Program-made: the position numbers and the translations under genes
The notes under the pieces: model-generated
The model's database searches: none
What the model saw: only the letters and a program-made list of their open reading frames with translations
Told to the model about the DNA's origin: nothing
Source of the DNA: a virus
Virus record (IMG/VR): IMGVR_UViG_3300028394_000038
Strand: one strand, 5' to 3'
Length of the DNA: 64,000 nucleotides
Shown here: positions 40,200 to 49,937 of the stretch, piece after piece
Layout: every line of letters starts with the position of its first letter
Position numbering within the stretch: position 1 is the stretch's first letter

Positions 40200-43100
40200 T
40201 TACGCACTTGTGATGTCATTGTTGTTTAACGGGATTGATGTTAGTACTGTGCCGCTTGAATTGATCCTTGCCGCGGTAATTTCTGAAATAATTTCAATAT
40301 CGTCAACAGTAGCTGAACTAATTAATAGTTCGTCAGCATTTGATGTTATTTCAAATAAACTACCAAATGCCAAGTTCTGCTGTTTTGGTACTATTACTAT
40401 GTTTACTAGATTAGGACTTAGCTTGCGAATAATGTACGCCGACAGTTCTCCAAAGTAGAATGTGTCGCCAAACTCCCAATTTTCTAAAGCAAAAAATTCA
40501 TTAATTGCAGTAATGACTCCTGATTTAATATCGTTATCACTTATAACTACATTAGAATTTTTTACTACTTTAAATGTGCCTTGAAGACTAGAGGCGGCAT
40601 GCTTACCAAATAATGGTTTGTATTTTGCAGGATGATAAACTATTTCATCACTTATTGATTTTACCTTGTTTATGTCCATACTAAAATTAGTATATAATGC
40701 GTCACTACTTGGTGGTAATGGTTTAGTTGTTACATCTCCTGCAAGCCAGCGACGATATAAAACATCATATGTTTTAGTTAACATAAAAATATCTATTATA
40801 TTTGTAGCGGCTGGGTCTAATCTTGCTGAGTTATCTGCGGCATGTATATAATGGAATTTTAAACTATCTCTGCCTGAGAAACCTCTGTACTCATTAGTGA
40901 TTGTAAAATTAGTTGATGATTTATTAAATGACTTAACTAAATTTTCTTTGATAATGTATATTAATTGTCCGTCGTCTAATGTTAACGGAACTGCTTCTTG
41001 GCTTAGATATACTTTAATTAAATCGTTAGTATTTTCAATGTAATAGAAATCAGTTGAACCGTCCAGTGCTACTTGACGCTTTTGAAAAATAAATTTAGAC
41101 GTAATATTTGTTGAAGGACTAACAATGTTTTTAAATAATTCTGGATCGTCAACTATACCGTCCTCGTTACTGTCAAAAAAGCTAATAGAAATCTTTTTAG
41201 TATCTATGTAACCGTCACTGCCTAAATATTCATCAATAATTTCCCAATCAAAATTTTGATTAAATGCGGCCAATAAATCGGGGCGTGTATTGATACTCAT
41301 TACTGAGATTTTATCTCTAATTACTTTTCCGTTAGTTGGATCGTAAACTTTAGAAGTGCTATCAAAGAAAAATCTCATTTCTTTAGCACTTTCAAATACA
41401 TATCTTAAGCCGCGATAAGTTGCAAGGTAAGACGTACCATCAGTTTCAAATAAAATTATCCAACTTGCATCTAACTGTTGATTACTAGAGTCGCCAGTTT
41501 TTCCTAAGCTGAATGCAGATTTTTTATCAATATTAGATTCTGTAATAATTTTCCATACAGTATCTGCACTATCATATCTTAAAGCAAAATTCTTATTAGC
41601 GGCAATTAGATCAATAATTTTGTTCTTAACACTATCTTCAAGTGACGTAACAAATTTAGGTACCGCAGTATCGCATACTGCGCCCGATGGAACAATTTCG
41701 TTTAATGTTACTGGTCCTAATCCATTTGCCAGTATGCCGCTATTTTTTGCTGTACCGTCTCCGACTATTTGTACAACTTTTGTCCAAATTCCTGTTTTAG
41801 CAGATACTGGTGCCCCTGCTTCGTCAATGAGTTTGTTATCTGCACTGAATAGTTTCCCAGGGGGTGGCGTAAATTTTAACATTGCTCCTGGAATTATATA
41901 TCGTAAATTTGAAAATGTTGCAGATCCTAATTTTTTAATTGCATTAACCTGGGTGTTATCATTAATATAACCCGTTGATATATTTGTGCCGGAAGTAACT
42001 TGTGTAAAAGAAGAAAAGGCAACCCCCAACGATATAAATGCATAGCTGTCTAAATAATAATCTTTAATTGTACGACTAGCAAGCACAGGTTCGATTTGAT
42101 TTAATACTGCATTTTCAATATCAGTTCTAGTGTTATAGGAAAATTTAAAACTTCCAGTAATGGGTTCTTTATACAGTATTCCGTCGGTTCCAAACAAATT
42201 AGTATTGCTGTATTTTCCGGTGGTATCTTTTAAGTCAAAATATCTACTAATACCTGAGCTGACTCGGTTAACTGATTTTACTTTAATTATTTCTTGGTTA
42301 ACACTTAACGGAAATACATTATAGTCTTCTCCGGTTATCATTCTATTTTGTGTATAGTACGTTGCTGGAGCATTAGTTTTAATGCTGTTATTTGTTTCAC
42401 TAGCTGATGCATTTTGAACAGTATAGTTTAATCCGGCTGTGATAGTTAGTGTTTCTTGCTTTCCAGATTTATTACTAATATACGAAATATTAAATGATAC
42501 ATTTTTAATGTTAGACGGACTGATTGCATATTCGTATCCGTTACTTACTCGATAATAAACTCTAAAATTACCTTGAGGTAAATCACCAAATGTGCCGTCT
42601 GCAAAGTTCAAACGAACTCGATCTCCGGTTCGTGTGATTACTGAAAATATTTTTCTAATACTCTTAGAAAGAGAATTGTATATAATGTTGTTGCCTTCAA
42701 CTGCATCAACTTTTGTCCACTCTTGTGATAATAGTCCTGCACTGTCTAAACTGTATAACCAGATATCTGAATTGTTGATGTTAGAACTATCCAAGTCCAC
42801 TGTTTCGTTAGTACTTGGACGTAGAATAGAAAATGTTCCTTGATTTAAACTACCTTGACGGAAGTGTACAAAGAAACCAGTATTGGTACTTGGAGATCCA
42901 CCGCCATCGTCACGATATAAAAATGCCAAGTTAGTTCCAGGCATTGGTGGCTCTTCATAGATGTTTAAGGAATTTTTAATTGCACAAGATACTATTTCAA
43001 AATTCATGTTTCTACCGTCAATGTTTTTGGTAAATCCATAAATTGGAGCATCTGTGTTGGTTGCGTTAAATCGATATTGTTGTGTTCTAATTCCAGCAAC

Positions 43101-43634
43101 TGTTCCTGAATCTTGGGGCCTTCCAAACTGCCCAGTTGACGGCAAGGCGGCGTTTAATACTTTAATAAATTGTTCGTGCCAATTGGTGTTTGCACTATCA
43201 TTCCATACAATAGTTTGATTAGCAAGGCTTCGACCGTTACTGTCTATAATAGCTTCACTAGTTCTTACTGAACTAAATTTTAACAATCCGTTAGCACATT
43301 GGTTTCTTTTAGGGTTGTAGCTGAGCAGACGTGCTAAACGTAGTACACTTTCACGACGATCAGCAAGTTCTAAAAAGTTTTCACGGGCATTTAGATCAAA
43401 ACGGAAGGCTAAGTTTTGTCCAAGAAAGGCAATTAAATCAATTAAGGCTAGATATTCGCTAGATTCAATATAGTCGTTGAAATCTTCTGGATAGTTTTCA
43501 CGAAGATACGTGATCATTGTTCGACGTAGATTGTCGAAATCATAGCTTTTAAAATCAGCATTTTTAAAGCTCTGATATACCTTTTTCCAGTCCTCTGCCG
43601 CAATCAATTTGTTTTGTCTATCTATACTTGACAT
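40200..43634 (-). CDS. gp6: baseplate wedge subunit, T4 gp6-like
   Basis: YDFDNLR..MITYL, DLIAFLG, ARENFLELA.RRESVLRLARLLSYNP, FADGTFG, QNRMITGEDY. Confidence 0.88.
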   Translation of the reverse strand: MSSIDRQNKLIAAEDWKKVYQSFKNADFKSYDFDNLRRTMITYLRENYPEDFNDYIESSEYLALIDLIAFLGQNLAFRFDLNARENFLELADRRESVLRLARLLSYNPKRNQCANGLLKFSSVRTSEAIIDSNGRSLANQTIVWNDSANTNWHEQFIKVLNAALPSTGQFGRPQDSGTVAGIRTQQYRFNATNTDAPIYGFTKNIDGRNMNFEIVSCAIKNSLNIYEEPPMPGTNLAFLYRDDGGGSPSTNTGFFVHFRQGSLNQGTFSILRPSTNETVDLDSSNINNSDIWLYSLDSAGLLSQEWTKVDAVEGNNIIYNSLSKSIRKIFSVITRTGDRVRLNFADGTFGDLPQGNFRVYYRVSNGYEYAISPSNIKNVSFNISYISNKSGKQETLTITAGLNYTVQNASASETNNSIKTNAPATYYTQNRMITGEDYNVFPLSVNQEIIKVKSVNRVSSGISRYFDLKDTTGKYSNTNLFGTDGILYKEPITGSFKFSYNTRTDIENAVLNQIEPVLASRTIKDYYLDSYAFISLGVAFSSFTQVTSGTNISTGYINDNTQVNAIKKLGSATFSNLRYIIPGAMLKFTPPPGKLFSADNKLIDEAGAPVSAKTGIWTKVVQIVGDGTAKNSGILANGLGPVTLNEIVPSGAVCDTAVPKFVTSLEDSVKNKIIDLIAANKNFALRYDSADTVWKIITESNIDKKSAFSLGKTGDSSNQQLDASWIILFETDGTSYLATYRGLRYVFESAKEMRFFFDSTSKVYDPTNGKVIRDKISVMSINTRPDLLAAFNQNFDWEIIDEYLGSDGYIDTKKISISFFDSNEDGIVDDPELFKNIVSPSTNITSKFIFQKRQVALDGSTDFYYIENTNDLIKVYLSQEAVPLTLDDGQLIYIIKENLVKSFNKSSTNFTITNEYRGFSGRDSLKFHYIHAADNSARLDPAATNIIDIFMLTKTYDVLYRRWLAGDVTTKPLPPSSDALYTNFSMDINKVKSISDEIVYHPAKYKPLFGKHAASSLQGTFKVVKNSNVVISDNDIKSGVITAINEFFALENWEFGDTFYFGELSAYIIRKLSPNLVNIVIVPKQQNLAFGSLFEITSNADELLISSATVDDIEIISEITAARINSSGTVLTSIPLNNNDITSA

Positions 43635-43653
43635 ACTCAGTCCTCATTATAGA

Positions 43654-43661
43654 TATTTATC
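43654..43661 (-). promoter_or_regulatory. late promoter (GATAAATA)
   Basis: Intergenic, upstream of the gp6-like gene. Confidence 0.7.
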
Positions 43662-43684
43662 GTATAGATAAAGTGGGCAGTTTA

Positions 43685-44128
43685 TTAACCGAGTAGACTG
43701 TTGTCTTTGTCAAACTTAAATCGTAGATTTTCTGATATATTGTATATCAAATATGTTAGCTCACACTCTATTTGTATGCCACTTTCGTATTCGCTTACTA
43801 TGACATTTTGAACTCGGACCCTGGGGTCGTAGTTGATAATAGCAGACACATTTTGTACTATTAGATTTTTGACTTCGTTAGTTAACGGGTCAAACAATAG
43901 ATCCCAAATAATAGTTCCAAAATTTGGATTCTCTAGGCGCTCTCCATAGCGAATATGAAAGTGATTGATAATATCCTGCTTGATTAGTGCTAGATCATAT
44001 AGAGCAAAGTTGCCAGTTGGATTGCCCACTGTGCTAAGTCCCCTGTAGGTTTTACTCAACGGAGGTGCTGTGGTCTTCCTAACTTCAGGAACAACTGTTC
44101 TAGTGTATAGTGATTTTTCTATGCTCAT
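43685..44128 (-). CDS. gp25: baseplate wedge subunit, gp25-like
   Basis: IKQDIINHF..RYGERLENPNFGT.IWDLLFDP...IINYDPRV signature. Confidence 0.9.
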   Translation of the reverse strand: MSIEKSLYTRTVVPEVRKTTAPPLSKTYRGLSTVGNPTGNFALYDLALIKQDIINHFHIRYGERLENPNFGTIIWDLLFDPLTNEVKNLIVQNVSAIINYDPRVRVQNVIVSEYESGIQIECELTYLIYNISENLRFKFDKDNSLLG

Positions 44129-44133
44129 AGTAG

Positions 44134-44141
44134 TATTTATT
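44134..44141 (-). promoter_or_regulatory. late promoter (AATAAATA), 5 nt before the gp25 ATG
   Basis: AATAAATACTACTATG on the minus strand. Confidence 0.6.
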
Positions 44142-45714
44142 TGCTAATTTTTCTAAATGTATCTGTTGAAGTGGTATACTTCAACGGGTCTTGTCCGTGT
44201 AGATTTTCATGGCCGTCCCACGGTTCGTGCATGGGTGTTCTTGCTACTACAATGGCCAATGCATCTGGTTGTACTGCATCTGTTATGCTGGCAGCGGTTG
44301 CGGCTTCGGCTAATGGCCCGTTTAAGTTAATTTTAGCGCCACTGGTAAGGTTGATATTTGCTCCGCCGTTGATTGAAGTGGTTTTTCCGGATGTAAATTT
44401 ATTTCCGCCGGCGGATAGTAAGGCAATATCTGCTCCTGATGTTACTTTTACATTAGAACCAGTTTGTAAATTAAATGCTTGGCCAATAGCTTCACTAGTT
44501 GATCCAGTAACGCTAGTATTCCTATTAGCGCCAATGCTTTCATTCTTTGTACCTACAACAGATATTTTTTGATCTGCTCCAACTATCAAACTATGTATAG
44601 AACCCACTTCAACATTATGTTTTGCGCCTGATCGAATATTAACATTCCTGCCAGCGTCCATGTTAATATCTTGATCTGCCTTGATGTTTATATCTTTTTC
44701 TGTATGAATACTAACGCTGTCTTGTGCATAGATATCTATTTTTCCCATACTGGTTAATTCTATCCACGTAGTACCTGCGGCATTGCCAATATAAATTAAA
44801 TCTTCACTGTTATGCAATAAAATTTGATGTCCTGTGCGAGTACGAATACGCACAAGCTCATTATGAGGAATATCGGGCTGACCGCCTGTTTCGCCGTTTT
44901 CTACACTGACATACTCGGGTGGGCCTTCGCTTGCAGGAGTCTTACGAATAAAACTTTCGTCTCCGTCATCCATAACAAATGTTGTACCGCCAAGACGACT
45001 GACAAATGCACTTTGAATTCTACTTTCTTTTTTACCTATTGCGCCTGTTGGTGCATTGGGTTTTCTATCAACTGGTCCTGGCGTACTAATTCCAAACACA
45101 GTACTTGGTAATTCTCGTCTTGCACTACTAGATGTAATTCCTCTAGTGTCGTCTTTGTTTAGGCCCTGTGTTGTTAATATTTTATGAAACGGATGTATTG
45201 GTTTAGGTAACTGTGTAATATCAGGTTGCGAAAGAGCTTTGTTTGCTTTCTTATTATATTCTGCTACTACTTTTCTTTCATCACTACCTGCTTCAGTTGT
45301 AGTTGATGTTGCCGCCATTCCAGGCACCATAAAGTTTACATATTCGTCAGGAGCGCAACCAATCCAATATCCTTTTGCCGCATTACCGTAGGCAAACATA
45401 ACCATTACAATAGTTCCTACATCAGGAGGAACCATCCACATACCATAGGCTTTTTGTGTGCTGTCGTAGTCGTTAGGTTCTTCATTTGTAAAAGTGATAC
45501 TAGTTTGCCCTGCAAACGGACTTAGGTATCTAACTGTAATAACTGATCCAGTAATACCGGGCTCTTCTCTGCCAACGTCATTGATTAATTCAACTTGCAA
45601 CGATCCCATATATTTTGCGTCAATGTGACTGATTACTCGAGCCATGTAAGGACCCGGGTAGTCAAAGTACCGTTCTTCTGATCTTGAATCTTCTGGAAGT
45701 GTGTCGTTTATCAT
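44137..45714 (-). CDS. gp5: baseplate central spike, gp5/VgrG-like (OB-fold + beta-helix, no lysozyme domain)
   Basis: WMVPPDVGTIVMVMF OB-fold, RIRTRTGHQILL, Val/Gly 8-residue beta-helix repeats, KINLNG end. Confidence 0.8.
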   Translation of the reverse strand: MINDTLPEDSRSEERYFDYPGPYMARVISHIDAKYMGSLQVELINDVGREEPGITGSVITVRYLSPFAGQTSITFTNEEPNDYDSTQKAYGMWMVPPDVGTIVMVMFAYGNAAKGYWIGCAPDEYVNFMVPGMAATSTTTEAGSDERKVVAEYNKKANKALSQPDITQLPKPIHPFHKILTTQGLNKDDTRGITSSSARRELPSTVFGISTPGPVDRKPNAPTGAIGKKESRIQSAFVSRLGGTTFVMDDGDESFIRKTPASEGPPEYVSVENGETGGQPDIPHNELVRIRTRTGHQILLHNSEDLIYIGNAAGTTWIELTSMGKIDIYAQDSVSIHTEKDINIKADQDINMDAGRNVNIRSGAKHNVEVGSIHSLIVGADQKISVVGTKNESIGANRNTSVTGSTSEAIGQAFNLQTGSNVKVTSGADIALLSAGGNKFTSGKTTSINGGANINLTSGAKINLNGPLAEAATAASITDAVQPDALAIVVARTPMHEPWDGHENLHGQDPLKYTTSTDTFRKISK

Positions 45715-45717
45715 AAA

Positions 45718-48700
45718 TTATCCTGGAAAGTCTCCAAGTTCTGCGGCGGCTTGAAGATAGCCGTCTCTACTTTCTGCATAACTAACTACGTCTTCTCCTT
45801 CTGCAACTGTAATTTGCGCTTGATTATTTGTTTCTTGGACTCCTGGATTTACTGTAGCTCCGCGAGCCCGCATCCTCATAGCTTCGCCATTATCTTTATC
45901 TTCTTGATCTATTGCGTTATATGCTTCTAACCCAGGAGGATTTTGATTTGCTCTACGTGCTAGATTTAACATCTGTGTAAATTTACCTTTTTCGAATTTG
46001 CTCTTTACGGAGATTATTTTGTATAATCCGCTAAACGGTATTTCTAACTCTGTTTTAATATCTTTTGGAAATGTTAAACTTCCGTCTACATTTAAATCAA
46101 CGGGTGTAAGAAAATTAATTAATATGTCTACTTCACTTGATTGGTAGTCCATTGCTCCGGTAGCTGTAACATTTATTCTGCTAGATGAATTAGTGTTAGT
46201 AAAATTTCCTATGCCGCTGTCAGCCAAATAATATGGGTCTCCTAAAATAGTCATATCTGCTTGAACTTTTTCAGTGCCTAAGTTTAGTATACGTGCTTGA
46301 AAATGTTTTGCCACAAGCGTTTTATAAGTATCGGCATCGCCGCTACCATCACTACTTTTCCATCTGTCAACCTTAGCTAATCCCATAGCAGTTCCTGTTG
46401 CCACATCACCGCCAGATTTAGCGTTGCCTTTAATTGAAGGAACATACGGATGTATACTGTCCGACGGTGCGGCACCTGATTGGCCAAGCCGAGACATTAA
46501 CGCTTCACCTGCGGCAGCTCCTAATCCCTGTGCTAACAACGGAACACCAAAGTTATTGTTTAAAGTTAATTTAAAATCTAATATATCAACATTTTTTCCG
46601 GTGTATATGTAGTTGTATTCTTTAACAGCTTCGTTAACCAGTTGTTGATAACCTTTGCCTGTGATATTAGGCGTTGCAAATAGTGATTGGTGTATCTTAT
46701 ATGGCACTACTCTAAACACTAATAGTTTAGGATTAACACCGGTATTTTCGTTTTGTTTATTAGCTGTTGTTATATAGGCTTGAGTTTCAATTCTAAACCA
46801 ATCATAAAATCCGTCTTTGGGAGTATTTGTTACAGCACTTGTGCAATAATCGCTCATTAACATTACTTCTGTAATTGCATTAATAATACTTGTGCCTTTT
46901 CTAAATACAAATTCTTTTTCTGTTGCATTTACTTGATAAGCGTTGCGCGGATATTTTTTATTTGATAATGCAGGTATTGTAACTTCGCCGGTCCAGTTAG
47001 GATCGTCAGGTTTTTTAGGATCGTGGCCACCTTGAGCGAGTGTAAAATTCATGCTGGCTTTTCCTAATGCACTAAGTTCACCTTCAGCTTGTACTAAAAT
47101 ATTAGTTTTGTTGTCTCTGTTTAATTGAACTCTAGATAAAACATTGCCGCCTCCCGCAGTACCTTCTTTTATATTTGATGTTGCTCCGTTATCCGGAGGA
47201 TCTTGTTGTTTAATTGTTTGCAATTCTGTAGGGAATACAATGGCAATTTCGTCAGGCAAGTACGGTTTTTTTTCATCAGTAGTTGATAACTCTAATAATC
47301 TACTAGATACTAGATGTTGTAAACTATGCGGGCCGCTTTGTAACATTTCAACAACTGTTGATCCAGATATTGCAAAGTCTGCTTTTAAAAAATTATAGTT
47401 ATCGTTTAACGCTAGTTCATTCCAGGCCTGAGACTTTACTTGATATTTGCATCCTGAAGCCGTGATGGTCATATTAATACTGTACATTCTAATTGGAAAA
47501 TATCTAACTGCAACTGTTGATGCTGTGTTATCTCCGTCAGTACCTACAAATTCTAAACTTAATAAGTACGGTGCTTGAGTATAATCTGTATGACCATTTT
47601 GTACTGCGGCAATTTGACAACTTTCTAAGAACTGCCCCATACTGTAAGGTTCGGTCACTTCAAAATCTAAAGTGACTACGTTGGTTCCTTTTGTTGAAGG
47701 TGTTGGAGTAATTTGACACAACATGTCTACGTTATCAATAAAATAATCGTATTTCCCTGAAGGATTATCTACTGGCTGATAAGCAGTAGATACTCTAGAT
47801 TCTGAAAATCTTCCTCCACTGCTTAAAATAATTTTGCCAACTAGTCCTTTTCTATAACTTTCGTCGGGAAAATTTACAGCATCGGCAGATAGACTGCTTA
47901 ATGTAAACAAACAATTACTTGAGACAAATTTTTCTAATGGATTTACTATTGGTAATTTAATTTTTTCTTGGCCGCCTGCACCGTTTGACCCCACGTCAAG
48001 TGTAGTAGCTAAATTTGCTACACTAGTTGCAGAGATATCTGTTCCTCTATCAACATTGGGCAGAATTGTTTCTCTAGGGCCTAAAGTTTGCTCTGCTAGA
48101 ACAGTGCCTGTTACAGGAGCAACATTGCCGCCTGCGGCAGCAGTTGTTGTTGGCACTCCTGAGGCACCGCTTACTGCCCTTGATGCGGCAATAAAAGGAG
48201 TCTTAGGTGATACTCCGTTAGCATCTGAGTCTGCATTTAATCCTTTTTTGACCACTGCACCAGCACCCGATAAGGACGATGCGGCTAACCAACCAGCACG
48301 TTGTTCTTGGGGAGTGTCGGCTGTAAGCCTATATGTGCCTTCTGGGGTTTTTACAGTTTCTAATGTTCTAGCATTGACCGCTGTATATCTTTCATATGCT
48401 TTATCCTGTGCGGCAGAGTTATATAGAAATTCATTTAAATTTTTAGGCTGGCCGCCGGTGCCTACCCAATTGTTTTGATCATATATTGCGGCATTACCTG
48501 CCTTAGCATAGGCTCCGGGTTTTAAGAGGCCTACAGTTTCTAATGCTTGTGCGCCCATTTGATATCCGCCTGCGTATGACAGACGATTTACTCCGTTAGG
48601 TAATCCCCTAGCAGTTGCCTGCGGGTCTATTGGAATATAGTTACTACCGCTCTCGTCTTTAAAACGTTGAGCTCTATATTTCTCGTAATTTTCAGGTGTT

Positions 48701-48723
48701 AATCCTGCAATTGTTGCGGCCAT
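45718..48723 (-). CDS. baseplate hub-like protein with an N-terminal lysozyme-like domain
   Basis: N-terminal ESGSNY...YAGGYQMG...AQDKA; C-terminal MTILGDPYY...FSGLYKIISVKSKFEKGKFTQML typical of gp27/late-control-D hubs. Confidence 0.7.
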   Translation of the reverse strand: MAATIAGLTPENYEKYRAQRFKDESGSNYIPIDPQATARGLPNGVNRLSYAGGYQMGAQALETVGLLKPGAYAKAGNAAIYDQNNWVGTGGQPKNLNEFLYNSAAQDKAYERYTAVNARTLETVKTPEGTYRLTADTPQEQRAGWLAASSLSGAGAVVKKGLNADSDANGVSPKTPFIAASRAVSGASGVPTTTAAAGGNVAPVTGTVLAEQTLGPRETILPNVDRGTDISATSVANLATTLDVGSNGAGGQEKIKLPIVNPLEKFVSSNCLFTLSSLSADAVNFPDESYRKGLVGKIILSSGGRFSESRVSTAYQPVDNPSGKYDYFIDNVDMLCQITPTPSTKGTNVVTLDFEVTEPYSMGQFLESCQIAAVQNGHTDYTQAPYLLSLEFVGTDGDNTASTVAVRYFPIRMYSINMTITASGCKYQVKSQAWNELALNDNYNFLKADFAISGSTVVEMLQSGPHSLQHLVSSRLLELSTTDEKKPYLPDEIAIVFPTELQTIKQQDPPDNGATSNIKEGTAGGGNVLSRVQLNRDNKTNILVQAEGELSALGKASMNFTLAQGGHDPKKPDDPNWTGEVTIPALSNKKYPRNAYQVNATEKEFVFRKGTSIINAITEVMLMSDYCTSAVTNTPKDGFYDWFRIETQAYITTANKQNENTGVNPKLLVFRVVPYKIHQSLFATPNITGKGYQQLVNEAVKEYNYIYTGKNVDILDFKLTLNNNFGVPLLAQGLGAAAGEALMSRLGQSGAAPSDSIHPYVPSIKGNAKSGGDVATGTAMGLAKVDRWKSSDGSGDADTYKTLVAKHFQARILNLGTEKVQADMTILGDPYYLADSGIGNFTNTNSSSRINVTATGAMDYQSSEVDILINFLTPVDLNVDGSLTFPKDIKTELEIPFSGLYKIISVKSKFEKGKFTQMLNLARRANQNPPGLEAYNAIDQEDKDNGEAMRMRARGATVNPGVQETNNQAQITVAEGEDVVSYAESRDGYLQAAAELGDFPG

Positions 48724-48724
48724 A

Positions 48725-49021
48725 TTATATTCCTAATACTCTGAATAATGTAGTTTTTTTAGGAAGATAAATTAGTGTACCTACTTTAAAATCAAAAATT
48801 GGATCTCGTATAACATTCATATTTCGTTGTGTGAACACCCACCATAATTTAGGAGTGCCGTATAAATCTTGGGATAACAAATCCGGTCTATAATTATAGT
48901 GTGAATCAATAGTATAAGGAATATCATCAGGCTCTGCACTAACAGGGCGTATATTAAAATTTCCAAGGTAGCCGTTTGATAAAGAAGTATCGTGCCACGG
49001 ACTAGTAATTTTATATGCCAT
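48725..49021 (-). CDS. baseplate wedge gp53/LysM-like protein
   Basis: YRPDLLSQDLYGTPKLWWVF..RN...DPIFDFKVG..IYLP. Confidence 0.8.
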   Translation of the reverse strand: MAYKITSPWHDTSLSNGYLGNFNIRPVSAEPDDIPYTIDSHYNYRPDLLSQDLYGTPKLWWVFTQRNMNVIRDPIFDFKVGTLIYLPKKTTLFRVLGI

Positions 49022-49857
49022 TAAATATAACCTCCATCACCAATATAAGTGCCGTTGACAAAGGCATCTAGTGAGAATTGACGTTGTTGTGTTCTACTGT
49101 AAATTGGCATTAGCTGTACTATCAGTGTGCTTTTTACAGGAGCATAGCTGGTATTATTAACATCAAAAGAAATTCCTTCTATAGTCTTAGTTCCGCCTAC
49201 ATTAGCAGAAATATAATCAACATCTTTTGGTAGGTCCATTGTAAAAGTTTTAATCACTACTGGAACATTATTAAAAACATATGCTCCATATCCGTTTAGT
49301 CGAACTACCGGTGGGGGTTGGCCGGCATCCTTTGAATCTCCAAACGACATTTTTGTAACAGATCGCAAATAGTGAGTGGCAGCAATCCAATATGCGGCAT
49401 CAACACTGTTTTCACAATAGAATTCAGCAGTAATAGTAATTTGTTCAACTCTGCTATGGTCATAGGCCATAAAAGCATAATTATTATGTGTGGTGTCAAG
49501 AGAGTTATATGTTGCAGAGTGTGTTATATTAACTTGTGGCGTAAAAGGAAAAATCAAATTGTCACCCGAATTTACTAATGGTTTTAATACTGGGCTTTGT
49601 TTGTATGCTGTATTGTTTGTTGGCAAACTTAATTTTACTCGCCAGTCTACAGAAGAAGCGGCAAACGATACTTCACCAGGAATATGCCCCAAAGGAGCTT
49701 CGCTTCCGCCAAACATTGGACCTCTAAATGCGTTGACTAGTGCGGCGCCGACTGCAACGCCACCTGCTATTTTAGCTAATTTGCTATTGCCTGTTGCGGC
49801 TGCAATACCGGAAATAGCGGTAGCTGTGCTTGCAAAACTATTTAAATCGTTGGCCAT
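49021..49857 (-). CDS. baseplate tail-tube initiator/cap (gp48/gp54-like)
   Basis: FPFTPQV, GQPPPVVRLNGYG.YVFNNVPVVI..F motifs; position in the baseplate block. Confidence 0.65.
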   Translation of the reverse strand: MANDLNSFASTATAISGIAAATGNSKLAKIAGGVAVGAALVNAFRGPMFGGSEAPLGHIPGEVSFAASSVDWRVKLSLPTNNTAYKQSPVLKPLVNSGDNLIFPFTPQVNITHSATYNSLDTTHNNYAFMAYDHSRVEQITITAEFYCENSVDAAYWIAATHYLRSVTKMSFGDSKDAGQPPPVVRLNGYGAYVFNNVPVVIKTFTMDLPKDVDYISANVGGTKTIEGISFDVNNTSYAPVKSTLIVQLMPIYSRTQQRQFSLDAFVNGTYIGDGGYI

Positions 49858-49879
49858 ATTTGGTAATCTCCGTCAGTAG

Positions 49880-49887
49880 TATTTATT
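49880..49887 (-). promoter_or_regulatory. late promoter (AATAAATA) heading the tail/baseplate block
   Basis: Intergenic; upstream of the GGAG RBS and the start at 49857. Confidence 0.7.
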
Positions 49888-49914
49888 GACTTTATTAACT
49901 GCTGACATTATAAT
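49886..49914 (+). promoter_or_regulatory. sigma70-type promoter for the late sigma factor gene
   Basis: TTGACT-17 nt-TATAAT. Confidence 0.85.
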
Positions 49915-49937
49915 GTATATGAGGAGTCATAAGAACA

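Noticed and set aside
16239-49879. Numerous + strand ORFs within the tail block
   Set aside because: They are antisense shadows of long minus-strand structural genes and lack RBSs or motifs.
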